A stretch of DNA of 64,000 nucleotides from Thainema sp. (GTDB taxonomy: Bacteria > Cyanobacteriota > Cyanobacteriia > Phormidesmidales > Phormidesmidaceae). Both the position numbers and the translations under genes were made by a program. The DNA is taken from NCBI GenBank assembly GCA_052168235.1, contig JBQLZK010000015.1, positions 32,001-96,000 of the forward strand, written 5' to 3'. The notes below the pieces were generated by a model. It was given only the letters and a program-made list of their open reading frames with translations. It had not been told where the DNA came from and ran no database searches. Positions 37,701 to 49,300 of the stretch are shown in pieces (within the stretch, counting starts at the first letter, position 1; each line of letters opens with the position of its first letter).

Positions 37701-40496
37701 TAACCGCTGGGCAAGATAGTCCTGAAGCGCTTGTGTGTCCTGAGTAGAATTGTTGACAACTACATAGGCGACCAGTCGCTTTTGCCCTGGTTGGTCTTCT
37801 CTTAGTACAACAACTGCACGCTGAACGACTGGATGTTGTTGGAGAACCGATTCAACTTCCCCTAACTCAATCCGATAGCCGCGTAGCTTCACCTGATCGT
37901 CCATGCGTCCTCGGAACTCAATCGTTCCATCCGCTCGATATACAGCGCGGTCACCTGTTTTGTATAGACGTGAGGCGTGAGGCGTGAGGCGTGAGGCGTC
38001 TAATGGATTGGGAAGGAAGCGTTCGGTGGTCAGGTCAGGTCGATACCAGTAGCCGCGAGCAACCGTTGCACCGCCGATGTAGAGTTCTCCCGGTACTCCA
38101 ATCGGCACAGGCTGCTGCTGTTGATCCAAGATATACACCTGGCTATAGGCCAAAGGTTGACCCAGGGGAACAATACCGGACTCCTCGATTGAATTAATCT
38201 CGTAGGCTAAAACACCGACAGTGGCTTCAGTGGGGCCATAGTGATTGAGAATGCGGCAGTTGGATAACTCACGGATATTCCTAATCAATTCCCAATGTGC
38301 CGCTTCACCACCCAGGATGAGGCACTGTTTCGGCAGCACTTGAGCCGGATGAGCAGCGGATGAGATCAAAGCTTGCAGATGAGAGGGAACGATCTTCAAG
38401 CAATCAATTTGATGCTGCTGGTTATAGGCCGCCAGGGCATCGGGATTAGAAGCTCGCTCTGTGCTAATCAGATGCAAACAGCCACCCGTACAAAGGGCTG
38501 AAAAGATAGCTGTATTACCCAGGTCAGCCGCAATGGTAGATACAGAAGCGTAGCTGGCTGATGATGAGAGATTCAGCCGCTTTTGAATACCATCGAGATA
38601 GTTCAGCACATGCCGATGCTCGACGGCAACACCCTTGGGTTGTCCGGTCGAACCAGATGTGTAGATCAGATACGCCAGATGCTCCGGTTGAATTGAACTG
38701 TTAGGGTTTTCGGTGCTGTAACGTGCGATCTCACTCCAGTCTCGATCCAGACAAACCACCTGAGCCGTCGTCTCTGGTAGCGTGTCGAGTAAGGACGATT
38801 GCGTCACAATCACAGGCGCTTGAGCATCATTTAGCCGCTGCATAATTCCTGCTGATGGGAGAGCCGGATCAAGCGGTAGATAAGCTCCTCCAGCTTTGAG
38901 GATACCCAGCAGACCTACCATGAGGTTGCAGGAGCGCTCTAGATAAAGTACGACAGGTGTATCGGCAGTGACGCCCTGCTGCTGGAGGCAGTGAGCCAGT
39001 TGGTTAGCCTGTTGATTCAGTTGAGCATAGCTGAGGTGCTGGTTTTCGTAGACAACGGCTAGCGCATCTGGAAATTGAGCGGCTTGAGCTTCAAAGTGCT
39101 GATGGATAAAGCCTTCTAGGATTTGTTCAGAAATAGAGGGATTGAACTCGACTAGTACCCGATGTCGCTCGGCAGCGCTCAGGATCTCCAACTCATCAAT
39201 GGGACGATCTGGATCTGCGATCGCACTTGCTAAAAGAGTTTGATACTGGCTGGCTAAACGCTCAATCGCATCTGCCGCTAGGCAATTCGCATCATAATTA
39301 AACTCACAGGTGAGACCATTAGCTTGGTGGTGGCACACTAAATGCACCTGATAGCGCTCGATGCAGACCCAGGACTGTTGGAGGCTAAATGTGGGACCTG
39401 ATGCACTCTGAGCCAACGAGGTTTGCCGATAGTCAAACCCAAACGGGAAGAACGAAGGCTCAGGGTTCGGCTGCCAACCATCCCAGGTGAAGTAGTCCTG
39501 CCACTGAGCTACCGTCTCCAGTTGCGCTCTGACCTGCTGCCAAGCCTGATTGAACGAATGCTCTGGCTTCAGCGAAATGTGAATGGGCAGGTATCGGGTC
39601 AAAAGACCGACCGCTGTTTCGAGATCATCATAGTGACGCCCATCAAACGCGGTTCCTACGACTAACTCATATTTTCCAGAGAGCCGTCCAAGCAGAATCT
39701 GCCAAGCCGTCAGCAGAAAGCTTCGCAAATTAGCGTGTCCAGCACTAGCTTTAAGCGATTGAACCAAATCACTAGATAACTGGATCGAAACGGATTTAGG
39801 AAAGAAGGAAGAAATGGCCAAGTGCGATCGCAGATCCCAAGGTAAACGTACTGTCAAAGCATCACCTGGGATTACCTGATGCCAATAGTTTCGACCGCTA
39901 GCAGTTTCTTCTGACTCCAAAAGTTCATGCTGCCATTCCGCCAAATCTGCATATTGAATTGGCTCATCTCCTGATGCTTCCTTGTCGATAGCGTCATAAT
40001 GGCGACTCAGTTCTTGAACCAATTGCTGAACAGTGGCAGCATCCGCACATAGGCCAGCCAACTTGAGGAGCAATGAGGATTCTTGGCTCGACTGACGAAT
40101 GAGGATAGCTTGCAGTGGTGCTTGCGAGTTCGAGCTGCTGGTGCGGTATAAATTCTGCCAGTACTGTTCAATAGCGGCTGTTTGTGCCGCTGGTTCTAGC
40201 ACTTGTAGATCATGACACGAAAACCAATCAGGCTCCGCTGTTGGAGATAGTGGATTGTCAATTATTTGCAGCGGAATCGTCATGCCCGGTAAGCACTGAA
40301 AACTCGTCCGCAGGATTTCATGGCGGTTGATTACCTGACGCAAAGCGTTAATAAGCTTAGCCTGATCCAGATGGCCATTTAGATGAACTAGGGCTTGAAC
40401 GTGATAGGGGGCCGCTGGATCAGCTTGTTGGAGACACCACAGGCGCTCTTGCTGGGGGGATAGCCGATATCCCTCAATCGTTTGGGGTTGCATCAT
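34734..40496 (-). CDS. terminal NRPS: interface(C*)-A(Asp)-PCP-E-R
   Basis: C-like domain lacks HHxxxDG (AGLCADA). A code read as DLTKIGHVGK. PCP GGDS, E domain HHLVIDGVSW, reductase LLTGATGFLG and YARSK. Start 40496 or 40493. Confidence 0.9.
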   Translation of the reverse strand: MMQPQTIEGYRLSPQQERLWCLQQADPAAPYHVQALVHLNGHLDQAKLINALRQVINRHEILRTSFQCLPGMTIPLQIIDNPLSPTAEPDWFSCHDLQVLEPAAQTAAIEQYWQNLYRTSSSNSQAPLQAILIRQSSQESSLLLKLAGLCADAATVQQLVQELSRHYDAIDKEASGDEPIQYADLAEWQHELLESEETASGRNYWHQVIPGDALTVRLPWDLRSHLAISSFFPKSVSIQLSSDLVQSLKASAGHANLRSFLLTAWQILLGRLSGKYELVVGTAFDGRHYDDLETAVGLLTRYLPIHISLKPEHSFNQAWQQVRAQLETVAQWQDYFTWDGWQPNPEPSFFPFGFDYRQTSLAQSASGPTFSLQQSWVCIERYQVHLVCHHQANGLTCEFNYDANCLAADAIERLASQYQTLLASAIADPDRPIDELEILSAAERHRVLVEFNPSISEQILEGFIHQHFEAQAAQFPDALAVVYENQHLSYAQLNQQANQLAHCLQQQGVTADTPVVLYLERSCNLMVGLLGILKAGGAYLPLDPALPSAGIMQRLNDAQAPVIVTQSSLLDTLPETTAQVVCLDRDWSEIARYSTENPNSSIQPEHLAYLIYTSGSTGQPKGVAVEHRHVLNYLDGIQKRLNLSSSASYASVSTIAADLGNTAIFSALCTGGCLHLISTERASNPDALAAYNQQHQIDCLKIVPSHLQALISSAAHPAQVLPKQCLILGGEAAHWELIRNIRELSNCRILNHYGPTEATVGVLAYEINSIEESGIVPLGQPLAYSQVYILDQQQQPVPIGVPGELYIGGATVARGYWYRPDLTTERFLPNPLDASRLTPHASRLYKTGDRAVYRADGTIEFRGRMDDQVKLRGYRIELGEVESVLQQHPVVQRAVVVLREDQPGQKRLVAYVVVNNSTQDTQALQDYLAQRLPDYMVPSAIAVLDALPLTPNGKVDRQVLPVPETLQSQSSYAPPTTQAEQVLAQIWADVLGLEQVGIHDNFFSLGGDSILSIQVIAKANQAGLSLTPKQLFEHQTIAGLASVAGTESQAQAEQGDVTGIVPLTPIQRWFFEQEFAQPHHWNQAVLLECRQTLDSGLLEQTIEHLIEHHDNLRSRFVHTESGWQQEILPTSRVHPVLEVIDLADCPGAEQAAVIESHANRLQGNLNLDSGDLVRVALFNLGADQPQRLLIIVHHLVIDGVSWRILLEDFQTVYRQLSQGQVAQLPAKTTSFQEWANQLQQYAQSSELQQELAIWQSNLQAGVTAIPVDVTEEQTAIASTQTFTVELTAAETQVLLQTVPQADQAHINEVLLTALAQAFQPWINQPTVLVDLEGHGREPLFSSVDLSRTLGWFTSVYPVCLPLQIATWQAALETIKTQFQHIPNRGIGYGALRYLAAEQPIMQLPQPQIKFNYLGQFDQVFTQSKLFKPAEESQGRTRSSHNHRTHLIEVVGLVADGKLYVEWTYSRHQHHEQTIATLAQAFIAALRARINQCQSRTLQCDFKQRDDLLHQDLQLDTTIQPTPDLIEPSAQPEHVLLTGATGFLGAFLLHELLQQTSAHIHCLIRAADYDSAQQRLRQHLHHYQLWRDDYADRITPVVGDLSQPNLGLTEAEFQALAYQVDRIYHNGASVNLAYPYTAVRAANVLGTQALLRLATQVKLKPIAYVSTLSVFSGLDSAAGAITEETNLSQVPPPLGGYARSKWVAENLLWTACDRGVPVAVYRPGRILGHQQTGICNTRDRLSLMLRGCLYLGCAPAVETQVDMTPVDYISQAIVHLSQRSTTWGQAFHLCNPRSISWCSLVQQIQALSYPLRLVSYEQWQHTLTEQWQSHLKTLDDRVQDHPLYPLMILFADTSVDNAMNSATAATVAQSLDADDRQFDCQKTCTELMDSAITCPAIDPPLLQRYLTYFSRSGFFNLPQTV

Positions 40497-40536
40497 GACG
40501 GTTTTCGTGTCTACGTTTGTTTGTAGGATTTCAGTC

Positions 40537-41574
40537 CTATGAAAGGGGTGAAACGGGTTCTGCCATGCCGACCAGTACTGTGCGATTACCCTGAAAAGGG
40601 TCACGTCCGTGGGCTGCCAGCATGTTGTCCAGCAGCAGAATGTCCCCGGCTTGCCAGGGAAAACGAATGGTCTCGGCGGCGTAGGCTTGCCGAATGGCAT
40701 CCAGAACGGTCGGTTCAATCTCCGAGCCGTCGCCATAGTAGGCATTGCGGGGTAAGACATCCCCCGACCGCAAAACCGCTTGAACAGAGGGTTTCAGGCT
40801 AGAAATATGGAATAAATGAGCCTGATTAAACCAGACCGCTTCTCCCGTTTCAGGATGGGTTGCGATCGCTTGGCAGACTTGGCGAGTGGTCAAGCGATCA
40901 TCCTGCCACTCCCATTCAATTTGAGCCTCCCGACAGTAGGCTTCGACTTGTACCTTATCCTGCGTCTGAAAGACCTGCTGCCAGGATAGATCCAGCCCAT
41001 CACCGTAGTTGCGGACGTACATGATCTGCCGTTCTTGTAAGCGATCGCGCAGCACAGGATTGAGTCGCTGGAATACACGGCGACTATCGGCAATCGGCGT
41101 AATTCCACCGGATGCGGCAGGCTGCACGCAGAAAAACGCAATTTTCATCGGCCAGTTGCGGCTATAGGCCATTTCATTGTGCAGGGGAATGGATTGATCG
41201 GCAGGATATTCTGTTGACGTGTAGATCTGGCCTTGCACCTGAGTTCGGGGAGTTGAGCCGTAGGAGTAGGTCAGCAATGGTCCCCCGATCGTTTGTATAA
41301 ACTGCTCAAATTCTGTGGCTCCTTTAACCTGAAAGTTGCGAAACAGAAGGCCACCCACCTGTCGGAGATGCTGGGAAATTAAATCCCGGTGGTTCCCTGC
41401 CCAAGTGACAAAGTTGAGTTCTGCGATCGCAGGTTGGATAACCAGCGGCAAAGGCTGATTCGGAGCAAGAGAATCGATTCGCACTAAATCGCTTTGGGTT
41501 AGGCTCATTGCCTTACGGCGCACAGCACCTAGCCGAGGTCTTGTAGGCGGAGTAGAGAAATCAGAGCGGGTCAT
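40537..41574 (-). CDS. stand-alone TauD/SyrP-like Fe(II)/2OG dioxygenase, probable Asp beta-hydroxylase
   Basis: LLFRNF, YTSTEYP, HNEMAY, WFNQAHLFH, DNMLAAHGR. Confidence 0.88.
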   Translation of the reverse strand: MTRSDFSTPPTRPRLGAVRRKAMSLTQSDLVRIDSLAPNQPLPLVIQPAIAELNFVTWAGNHRDLISQHLRQVGGLLFRNFQVKGATEFEQFIQTIGGPLLTYSYGSTPRTQVQGQIYTSTEYPADQSIPLHNEMAYSRNWPMKIAFFCVQPAASGGITPIADSRRVFQRLNPVLRDRLQERQIMYVRNYGDGLDLSWQQVFQTQDKVQVEAYCREAQIEWEWQDDRLTTRQVCQAIATHPETGEAVWFNQAHLFHISSLKPSVQAVLRSGDVLPRNAYYGDGSEIEPTVLDAIRQAYAAETIRFPWQAGDILLLDNMLAAHGRDPFQGNRTVLVGMAEPVSPLS

Positions 41575-41597
41575 AGGTCTAAATCGCGAATGGTATG

Positions 41598-44500
41598 TTA
41601 TCCCCGTAGGGTCTTGCGTCGGGTCTGCTTCAATCGTTGTAAACCCGTCGATTGCAGCGCCTGGGCTTGCTGCTGCTGTTGCTGACAATGGTGTTCAGCC
41701 ACCTGAGCTAAAGTCTCTGCCAGAGGTAAATCTGGGTTTCGGGCCAGCTTCTCCAGCAAGATCATGAAAGTGTTGGATAGGCGTTGAGTTGTTGCAGCCT
41801 CAAACAAATCGGCCTTGTAGTTCCAGAATCCAGCAATGCCCTCCGAGCCTTCCCAGAGGTTCAGCTTTAAGTCATAGCGAGCCGTGCCGTGATCGACCTC
41901 AACCGATGAAAGGGTCAGACCGGGCAGCTCCAGATCTGGTGCGGGAGCATTTTGCAGCACAAACCAGACCTGAAATAGAGGATTATGGCTCAAGGTGCGC
42001 TCCAGCTTTAGCTCATCAACTAGGCGCTCAACGGGCAAATCGGGATGAGCATAGGCTCCGAGAGTCGTTTCTCGCACCTGGCGCAGCAGCTCCCGGAAGC
42101 TCATCGTGCCCGACAGTTGAGATCGCAAGACCAGCGTATTCACAAAGAAGCCAATTAAGCCTTCCAGTTCAGCTTGGTTGCGATTGGCAATGGGCGACCC
42201 GACTAGAATATCCTCGGCCTGCGTGTAGTAATGCAGCAAGACATTGAATCCAGCCAGCAGTGTCATAAACAGTGTTGCCGATTCCTGATGGCTCAGGTCA
42301 GTGAGTGCCTGACTGAGTGCTGCGGTGAGTTGAATCGGCTGCTGGGCACCTCGAAAAGTTTGTACTAAAGGACGAGGGCGATCCGTCGGTAGCAGGAGAA
42401 CGGTTGGCGCACCCTCAAGCTGGTGCAGCCAGTAGTCCAACTGTTTAGGTAGCCAATCGTCAGCCGTCTGCTGTTGCCACGCTGCAAAGTCAGCATACTG
42501 AACCGTCAATGGCGGCAGAGCGGGAGTTTGATGCTGAATTAACGCTTGATACAGACTCGCCAACTCTTCAATCAGAACGCCCATTGACCACCCGTCCGAG
42601 ACAATATGGTGCATCGTCAACAGGACAATATGCTCCGTTTCCGCTAGCTTGAGGACTGTAATCCGGAATAACGGCCCCTGCTTGAGGTCAAAGGATTGCC
42701 GAACCTCCTTCAGACAAATTGCCTCGGCCTCAGACGTGCGATCGCAGTGATCCGACAAATCAATCACCGTGAGGGGAAGTTCTAGCTTGGGGGCAACTAC
42801 TTGAACAGGCTGTCCCTCAACCTGATCAAACGTGGTGCGGAGAGTTTCATGCCGCTGCACGAGTCGCTGAAAGCTCTCTTTCAGTGCGGGCAGGTTAAGG
42901 TTCCCGGTTAGTCGTACGGCTGCCGGAATATTGTAGAACGCGCTGCCAGGTTCCAGTTGATCGAGTACCCAAAGTCGTCGCTGGGCAAAGGAAACGGGAA
43001 ACGGTTGCCCAGTGCGAGGAACAGGTTGAATCGCAGCTTGAACGGATGGAGCGCTTGTCTCCTGAAGCTGAAATTCAATCACAGCCGCTAGTGCAGCAAC
43101 TGTCGGAGCCTCAAATAAACAGCGCATGGGTAACTCAATTTGACAGGTCTTGCGAATGCGAGTTACAGCCTGGGCCGCGAGTAGGGAATGACCACCAACC
43201 TCAAAAAAGTTGTCATGCAGACCAATAGACTCTAAACCCAGAAGCTGCGACCAAATCTCAGCTAAATACTTCTCCACCTGGGTTTGAGGGGCTGAGCTAA
43301 CCCCTGACCGTTCTGATTGCTCTGACTGAGACAACACCTCTGATGGAGCAGGCAGTGCGTTGCGATCGAGCTTGCCATTTAGGGTCAATGGCAGCGCCTC
43401 CAGCAGAACAAACGCGGACGGCACCATGTAGTCAGGCAACTGACGACGCAGCAGGGTTCGCAGTTCGGCTGGCAGGTTGTTATATGGTTCACGCGGCACG
43501 ACATAGGCAACTAGGCGCTGATCGCCGGGTTGATCTTCGCGTACCAAAACACTGGCCTCTTGAAGATTGGGATGCTGTCTTAAGACGGCTTCGATTTCAC
43601 CGAGTTCAATCCGGAACCCTCGAAGTTTGACCTGCTGATCAATGCGACCGAGGTATTCAAGTTCACCGTTGGGGCAGTAGCGGACGAAGTCGCCTGTTTT
43701 GTAGAGGAGTGAGGAGTGAGGAGTGAGGGGTGAATGGGTGGATGGGTGGATGGGTGGATGGGTGAATGGGTGGATGGGTGAATGGGTTGGGGATGAAGCG
43801 TTCGGTGGTGAGAGTGGGGTGGTTGAGGTAGCCGCGTGCAACGCCTGCGCCACCGATATAGAGTTCACCGGGTACGCCGACGGGGACGGGCTGCTGATTG
43901 GTGTCTAGCACGTAGAGCTGTAGGTCAGGAATGGCTTGACCAATTAGGCTTCCGGCTGCGGCATGAATGTCCGCTTGGCTAATGGGGCGATAGGTGACAT
44001 GCACGGTTGTCTCGGTGATGCCGTACATATTAATCAACTGTGGCGACTGATCGCCGTGGCGATCGCACCAGGGTTTGAGGCTGGCTAAATCGAGGGCTTC
44101 TCCGCCAAAAATGACGTACCGCAGTTTCAAGCAATCGGCATGAGTGCTAGCGATATCGGCTTGAATGAACTGCCGAAAGGCGGAGGGTGTCTGATTTAGA
44201 ACCGTCACTCCTTCTTGGCAAACCCACTGATGAAATGTCTGGGGATCACGGCTGAGGCAGTAGGGCACAATTAATAAGCGACCGCCATAGAGTAGAGCAC
44301 CCCAGATTTCCCATACGGAAAAGTCGAACGCAAAGGAGTGAAAGAGCGCCCACACATCGCGATCGCAAAATTGGAACCATTGATCCGTTGCCGTAAATAA
44401 GCGGGTCACATTACCGTGCGTGACCATTACTCCCTTGGGTTTGCCCGTCGAGCCAGAAGTATAGATCACATAGGCTAGGCTTTCGGGAGTCGCTTGGCTC

Positions 44501-46335
44501 ACTGGATTGGTCGTGGGAAAATGTGCGATCGCATCCCAGCCTGTATCTAGACAGAGAATTTGTACTCTATCCCGATCCTGATGATCTGGATGGTCTGCCC
44601 CTAAAGCGGGTAAAGAATCCGTCAGATGAGCCTGGGTCAGAATCAGCTCAAGCTGGCTATCCTCGATCATGAACGCTAATCGCTCAGGCGGTGCTGCCGG
44701 ATCGAGCGGCACATAGGCTCCTCCGGCTTTGAGAATACCCAGTATTCCCACGAGTAAATCTAGCGATCGCTCAACGCATAAACCGACTAAGCTGTTGGGC
44801 TGAATTCCTCGCTGCTGGAGCGCATGAGCTAGTTGATTAGCTCGCTGATTTAACCTGCGATAGGTGAGAGACTGTTCCTCATACACAACCGCAACGGCAT
44901 TGGGGGTTTGTTTTGACTGGGCTTCAAACCACTGATCTAGCGTTTGGTGGCAGGCGTAATTGCCCTGGAGCTGACTCCAGCCAATCAGTTGCTGCTGCTC
45001 CGCCTCGGTAAGCCAAGCTAGTTCTACCAGCCGCGAGTCAGGATTACGAACGATACTATCGAGGATCGTTTGAAAATGTCCCAACAGTCGAGTAATTGTT
45101 TCATCAGCAAAGCGCTGACGGTCATAGAGCAACCGTAGCTCTAGCGTTTCCCCTATTACGGCTAGGATAGTCAGCGGATAGTGGGTCTGCTCAAAGGTTT
45201 GCAGCGCACCAATCGTCAAATTACCGAGATGTGTACCCAAGGTTTTATCAACCGGATAATTCTGAAACAAAACCAAGCTCTCAAATAGCGGCAGTCCAGC
45301 CGGAACATCGCTCCACTGCTGCACTTGAGCCAGAGGGCTATATTCGTACTGACGCATCTCGGCTTGCTGCCGCTGAATCTGCTGTAGCCAGGGCACCAAA
45401 GGTGAATCGCACGGCACCTGAGATCGCAGCGGCAGCGTATTAATAAAGACACCTAGCATCGACTCAACACCTGCCAATTCCGGCGGACGACCGGAAGACG
45501 TGGTGCCAAAGACCAAATCAGTTGTCCCACTGTAGCGACTGAGCAAAATTGCCCAAGCGCCTTGAATCACAGTGTTTAGCGTGATCTGATGCTGCCGCGC
45601 AAACTGCTGTAAAGCATGCGTAAGCTGGGGTGAAAGATTCACCTGCTGTTTACCACGGTCGGGATCAAAAGGCGTATTACCGGACAGGCCATCAATGCGA
45701 AATTCTGTCGGTGCTGTGAATCCCTGAAGCTGCTGTTGCCAAAACCGTTGAGCAGCAGCGAGATCCTGCTGTTGCAGCCATACCAAATAGTCTCGATACG
45801 GACGGGGCTGCGGTCGTTCGAGCGATTGGCCCATCACATAGGCATGATACGCAGCAATCACATCTTGAAACAGCACCGTCATTGACCAGCCATCCAGTAG
45901 CAGATGGTGATACGTCCAGAGGAACTGGTAGCCTTGCTCTGTCGTACGAATCAAGCTCAGGCGCATGAGCGGTGCTTGAGACAGCTTAAATCCCTGAGTG
46001 CGATCGCACTTGCGTAACTGCTCAAGCCTCTGAATTTGCTCCTGACCGTCAACGCTTCGCCAGTCCTGCACTTTCAGGGGCAAGCTGATCTGCCGCTGCA
46101 CCACCTGCACGGGTTCTTTTAAGCCTTCCCAAACAAAGCGAGTTCGTAAGATGGGATGGCGCTCAATCGCATATAGCCAGGCTTTTTCAAAAGCAATGGT
46201 ATCCAATGAACCACTGAGCTGACACAGTAGCTGACCGCAGTAAGCATCGGCGTGCGGCTTATCCAGAGCATGAACGAGAATCCCTTGCTGGATCGGGGAC
46301 AGTGGATAAAAATCTGCAACGTTACCGTTAGGCAT
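41598..46335 (-). pseudogene. NRPS C-A(Thr)-PCP-C interrupted by a frameshift in a tandem-repeat insert (real lesion, switch or assembly error)
   Basis: Track ORFs 43663..46368 and 41598..43868 are two halves of one A domain, split between ERFIPNPF and LYKTGD. A code DFWNIGMVHK, PCP GGHS, C motifs HHLLLDG and HHIVSDG. Confidence 0.85.
43704..43787. repeat. composite tandem repeat: 4x GAGG(A/G)GT plus 7x G(G/A)ATGGGT
   Basis: Read directly: 7-mers at 43704-43731, 8-mers at 43732-43787. Confidence 0.9.
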
Positions 46336-46336
46336 T

Positions 46337-49300
46337 CTAGTCATCTCCAATAGCAGCCATAATGTCATTCAGGTCGTCTTGGTTCCAGTTGCTCCACTGA
46401 AACTCGGCAAAGTCAGACGGGGTAAAATGTTTCGTCGCTGGCTCCTGGCTGCTCTGAATCAGCGATCGCAGCGCCACTAAAAAGTGTTGCGCCAGGGCCT
46501 CAATCGTTGCTGCATCGTGTAAATTCTGGCTATACAGCCATTCCAGCCGCAGACTACCCTCAGTGACATAGCCAATGATTTCTAAAATATGACTGCGATG
46601 CCCGAAAGGACTACGGGTTGCTCCGTAGGATTCTGCCGCAGTCACAAATTCAGCAGTGGCGTTCATTCCCGGATCGAATTGCCCTAAATAGTTAAACTTC
46701 ACCTGCGGTCGGGGTAGGGACTGAAGTTGTGCGATCGCAGATTGATTACTGCCGTAACGCAACAGTCCATAGCCAATACCAGAATTGAGAATCTGCCGTA
46801 GTTGCTCTTTCACCTGCGGTCGGGCTAATCCGGATTCTGCTGAATCGACCGTCAGACAAACTGGATAGACTACTGTAAACCAGCCGACCGTTCGCGAGAG
46901 ATTCACACCTGGAAAGAGATCTTCCCGTCCATGTCCTTCCAGATCAATCAGAATTGAAGACCGCCCGATCCAGCGCTGAAAACTCTGTGCCAAGGCCGTT
47001 AGCAGCACATCATTGATGTGGGTATTGTAAGCAGTTGGCACATCCTGAAGCAGAGTTTGGGTTTCTGACGGTGAGAGTTCAACCAGCACTGTTTGAGTCG
47101 AGGCCACCGTGTTAGGCTGGCCTTCGCGATCCACAGGAATTTGAGGAGTAGCCTGAGTGAGAAGAAATTGCCATCTCTCAACCTCTGCCTGCCCGTCCAA
47201 CGACTGAGCGTATTGTTGAAGCTGGTTTGCCCACTCTTGAAAGGAAGTGGTTTTGGCAGGAAGCTGAACTCTCTGACCCTGACTAAATTGCCCATAGACG
47301 GTCTGAAAGTCCTCCAGCAGAATCCGCCACGACACCCCATCAATCACCAGATGATGCACAATGATCAGCAATCGTTGTGGTTGGTCAGCACCTAAATCAA
47401 ACAATGCAACTCGCACGAGATCACCAGAACCGAGATCCAAACTTTCTTGCAAGCAATTAGCATGAGATTCAAGCACAGCCGCCTGTTCAGCACGGGGGCA
47501 GTCAGCTAAGTCAATGACTTCTAGAATTGGACGAACCCTTGAAGTCGGTAAGATATCCTGTTGCCATCCCGATTTGGTGTGGACAAAGTGCGATCGCAAC
47601 TGATCATGATGCTCGATTAAATGCTCGATGGTTTGCTTTAAGAATCCTGCATCCAACATTTGGCGGCATTCCAGCAGTACCGCTTGATTCCAGTGATGCG
47701 GCTGAGCAAACTCCTGCTCAAAGAACCAGCGCTGAATCGGCGTCAGTGGCACGCTGCCCGTTACCTCTCCTTGCTCAGCTTGTACTTGACTCTCGGTTCC
47801 CGCTACCGCCGCTAATCCGACAATGGTCTGATGTTCAAATAGCTGCTTTGGCGTCAGATGTAATCCGGCTTGATTCGCTTTGGCAATCACCTGAATGCTG
47901 AGAATCGAATCACCACCGAGACTGAAAAAGTTGTCATGAATGCCAACTTGCTCAAGGCCCAATACGTCTGCCCAGATTTGCGTCAAGATTTGCTCAGATT
48001 GAGTTGTCGGTGGAGTGTAGGATACCTGAGATTGAATCATCTCCGGTACTGGCAGCGCATGTCGATCCACTTTGCCATTGGGCGTGAGCGGGAGTGCGTC
48101 AAGAACTGCGATCGCACTTGGCACCATATAGTCCGGAAACCGCTGGGCAAGATAGTCCTGGAGCGCTTGAGTGTCCTGAGTACAATTGTTCACAACTACA
48201 TAGGCGACCAGTCGCTTTTGTCCCGGTTGATCTTCCCTTAGTACAACAACAGCACGCTGGACGGCTGGATGTTGCTGGAGAACCGATTCAACTTCCCCTA
48301 ACTCAATCCGATAACCGCGTAGCTTCACCTGATCGTCCACGCGTCCTCGGAACTCAATTGTTCCATCGGCTCGGTATATAGCGCGATCGCCTGTTTTGTA
48401 GAGGCGTGAGGCGTGAGGAAGTGGATGGGTAGATGAGTGGATGGGTGGATGGGTGGTTGAGGAATTGAAAGGATGGGTGGATGGGTTAGCAAAAAGATTG
48501 AGGATAAAGCGTTCGGTAGTGAGGTCAGGGCGTTGCCAGTAGCCGCGAGCGACGGTTGCGCCGCCGATATAGAGTTCTCCCGGCACTTCAATTGGTACAA
48601 GCTGCTGCTGTTGATCCAGGATATAAACCTGACTATGGGCCAGCGGTTGACCTAGAGGAACGATGCCTTCATGGGCTATCTCATCAATTTCATAGGTCAA
48701 GACACCGACAGTGGCTTCAGTGGGGCCATAGTGATTAAGAATGCGGCAGTTGGATAACTCACGGATATTCCTAATCAGCTCCCAACTAGCCGCTTCTCCA
48801 CCCAGGATGAGGCACTGTTTCGGCAGGATATCCGCAGGATGAGCAGCAGAGGTAATCAGAACCTGAAGATGGGATGGAACGATCTTTAGGCAATCAATTT
48901 GATATTGCTGGTTGTAAGCTGCCAGGGCATCGGGATTAGAGGCTCGCTCTGCGCTAATCAGATGCAAACAGCCACCTGTGCAGAGTGCTGAAAAGATCGC
49001 TGTGTTACCCAAATCCGCCGCAATGGTAGATACAGAGGCGTAGCTGGCTCCTGGTGAAAGATTCAGCCGCTGTTGAATGCCATCGAGATAGTTCAGCACA
49101 TGCCGATGCTCGACGGCGACACCTTTCGGTACTCCGGTCGAGCCAGAGGTGTAGATCAGATAGGCTAGGTTGTCAGGCTTAACGGAGCTATGAGGGTTTT
49201 CGGTGCTGTAATGTGAGATCGCACTCCAGTCTCGATCCAGACAAACCACCTGAGCTGTCGTCTCTGGTAGCGTGTTGAGTAAGGACGATTGCGTCACAAT

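Noticed and set aside
40497..40760. N-terminal extension of the terminal NRPS in the track
   Set aside because: It overlaps the TauD gene; similarity to the sister module begins at MMQPQTIEGYRLSPQQ.
42661..42671. ATCCGGAATAA as a third parS copy
   Set aside because: Only a partial match inside NRPS coding sequence, and not palindromic beyond the core.
43663..43868. Two separate overlapping NRPS genes, or an intron/intein at the junction
   Set aside because: The split falls inside one A domain, the downstream start (TTG) encodes off-frame repeat sequence, and no splicing motifs are visible.
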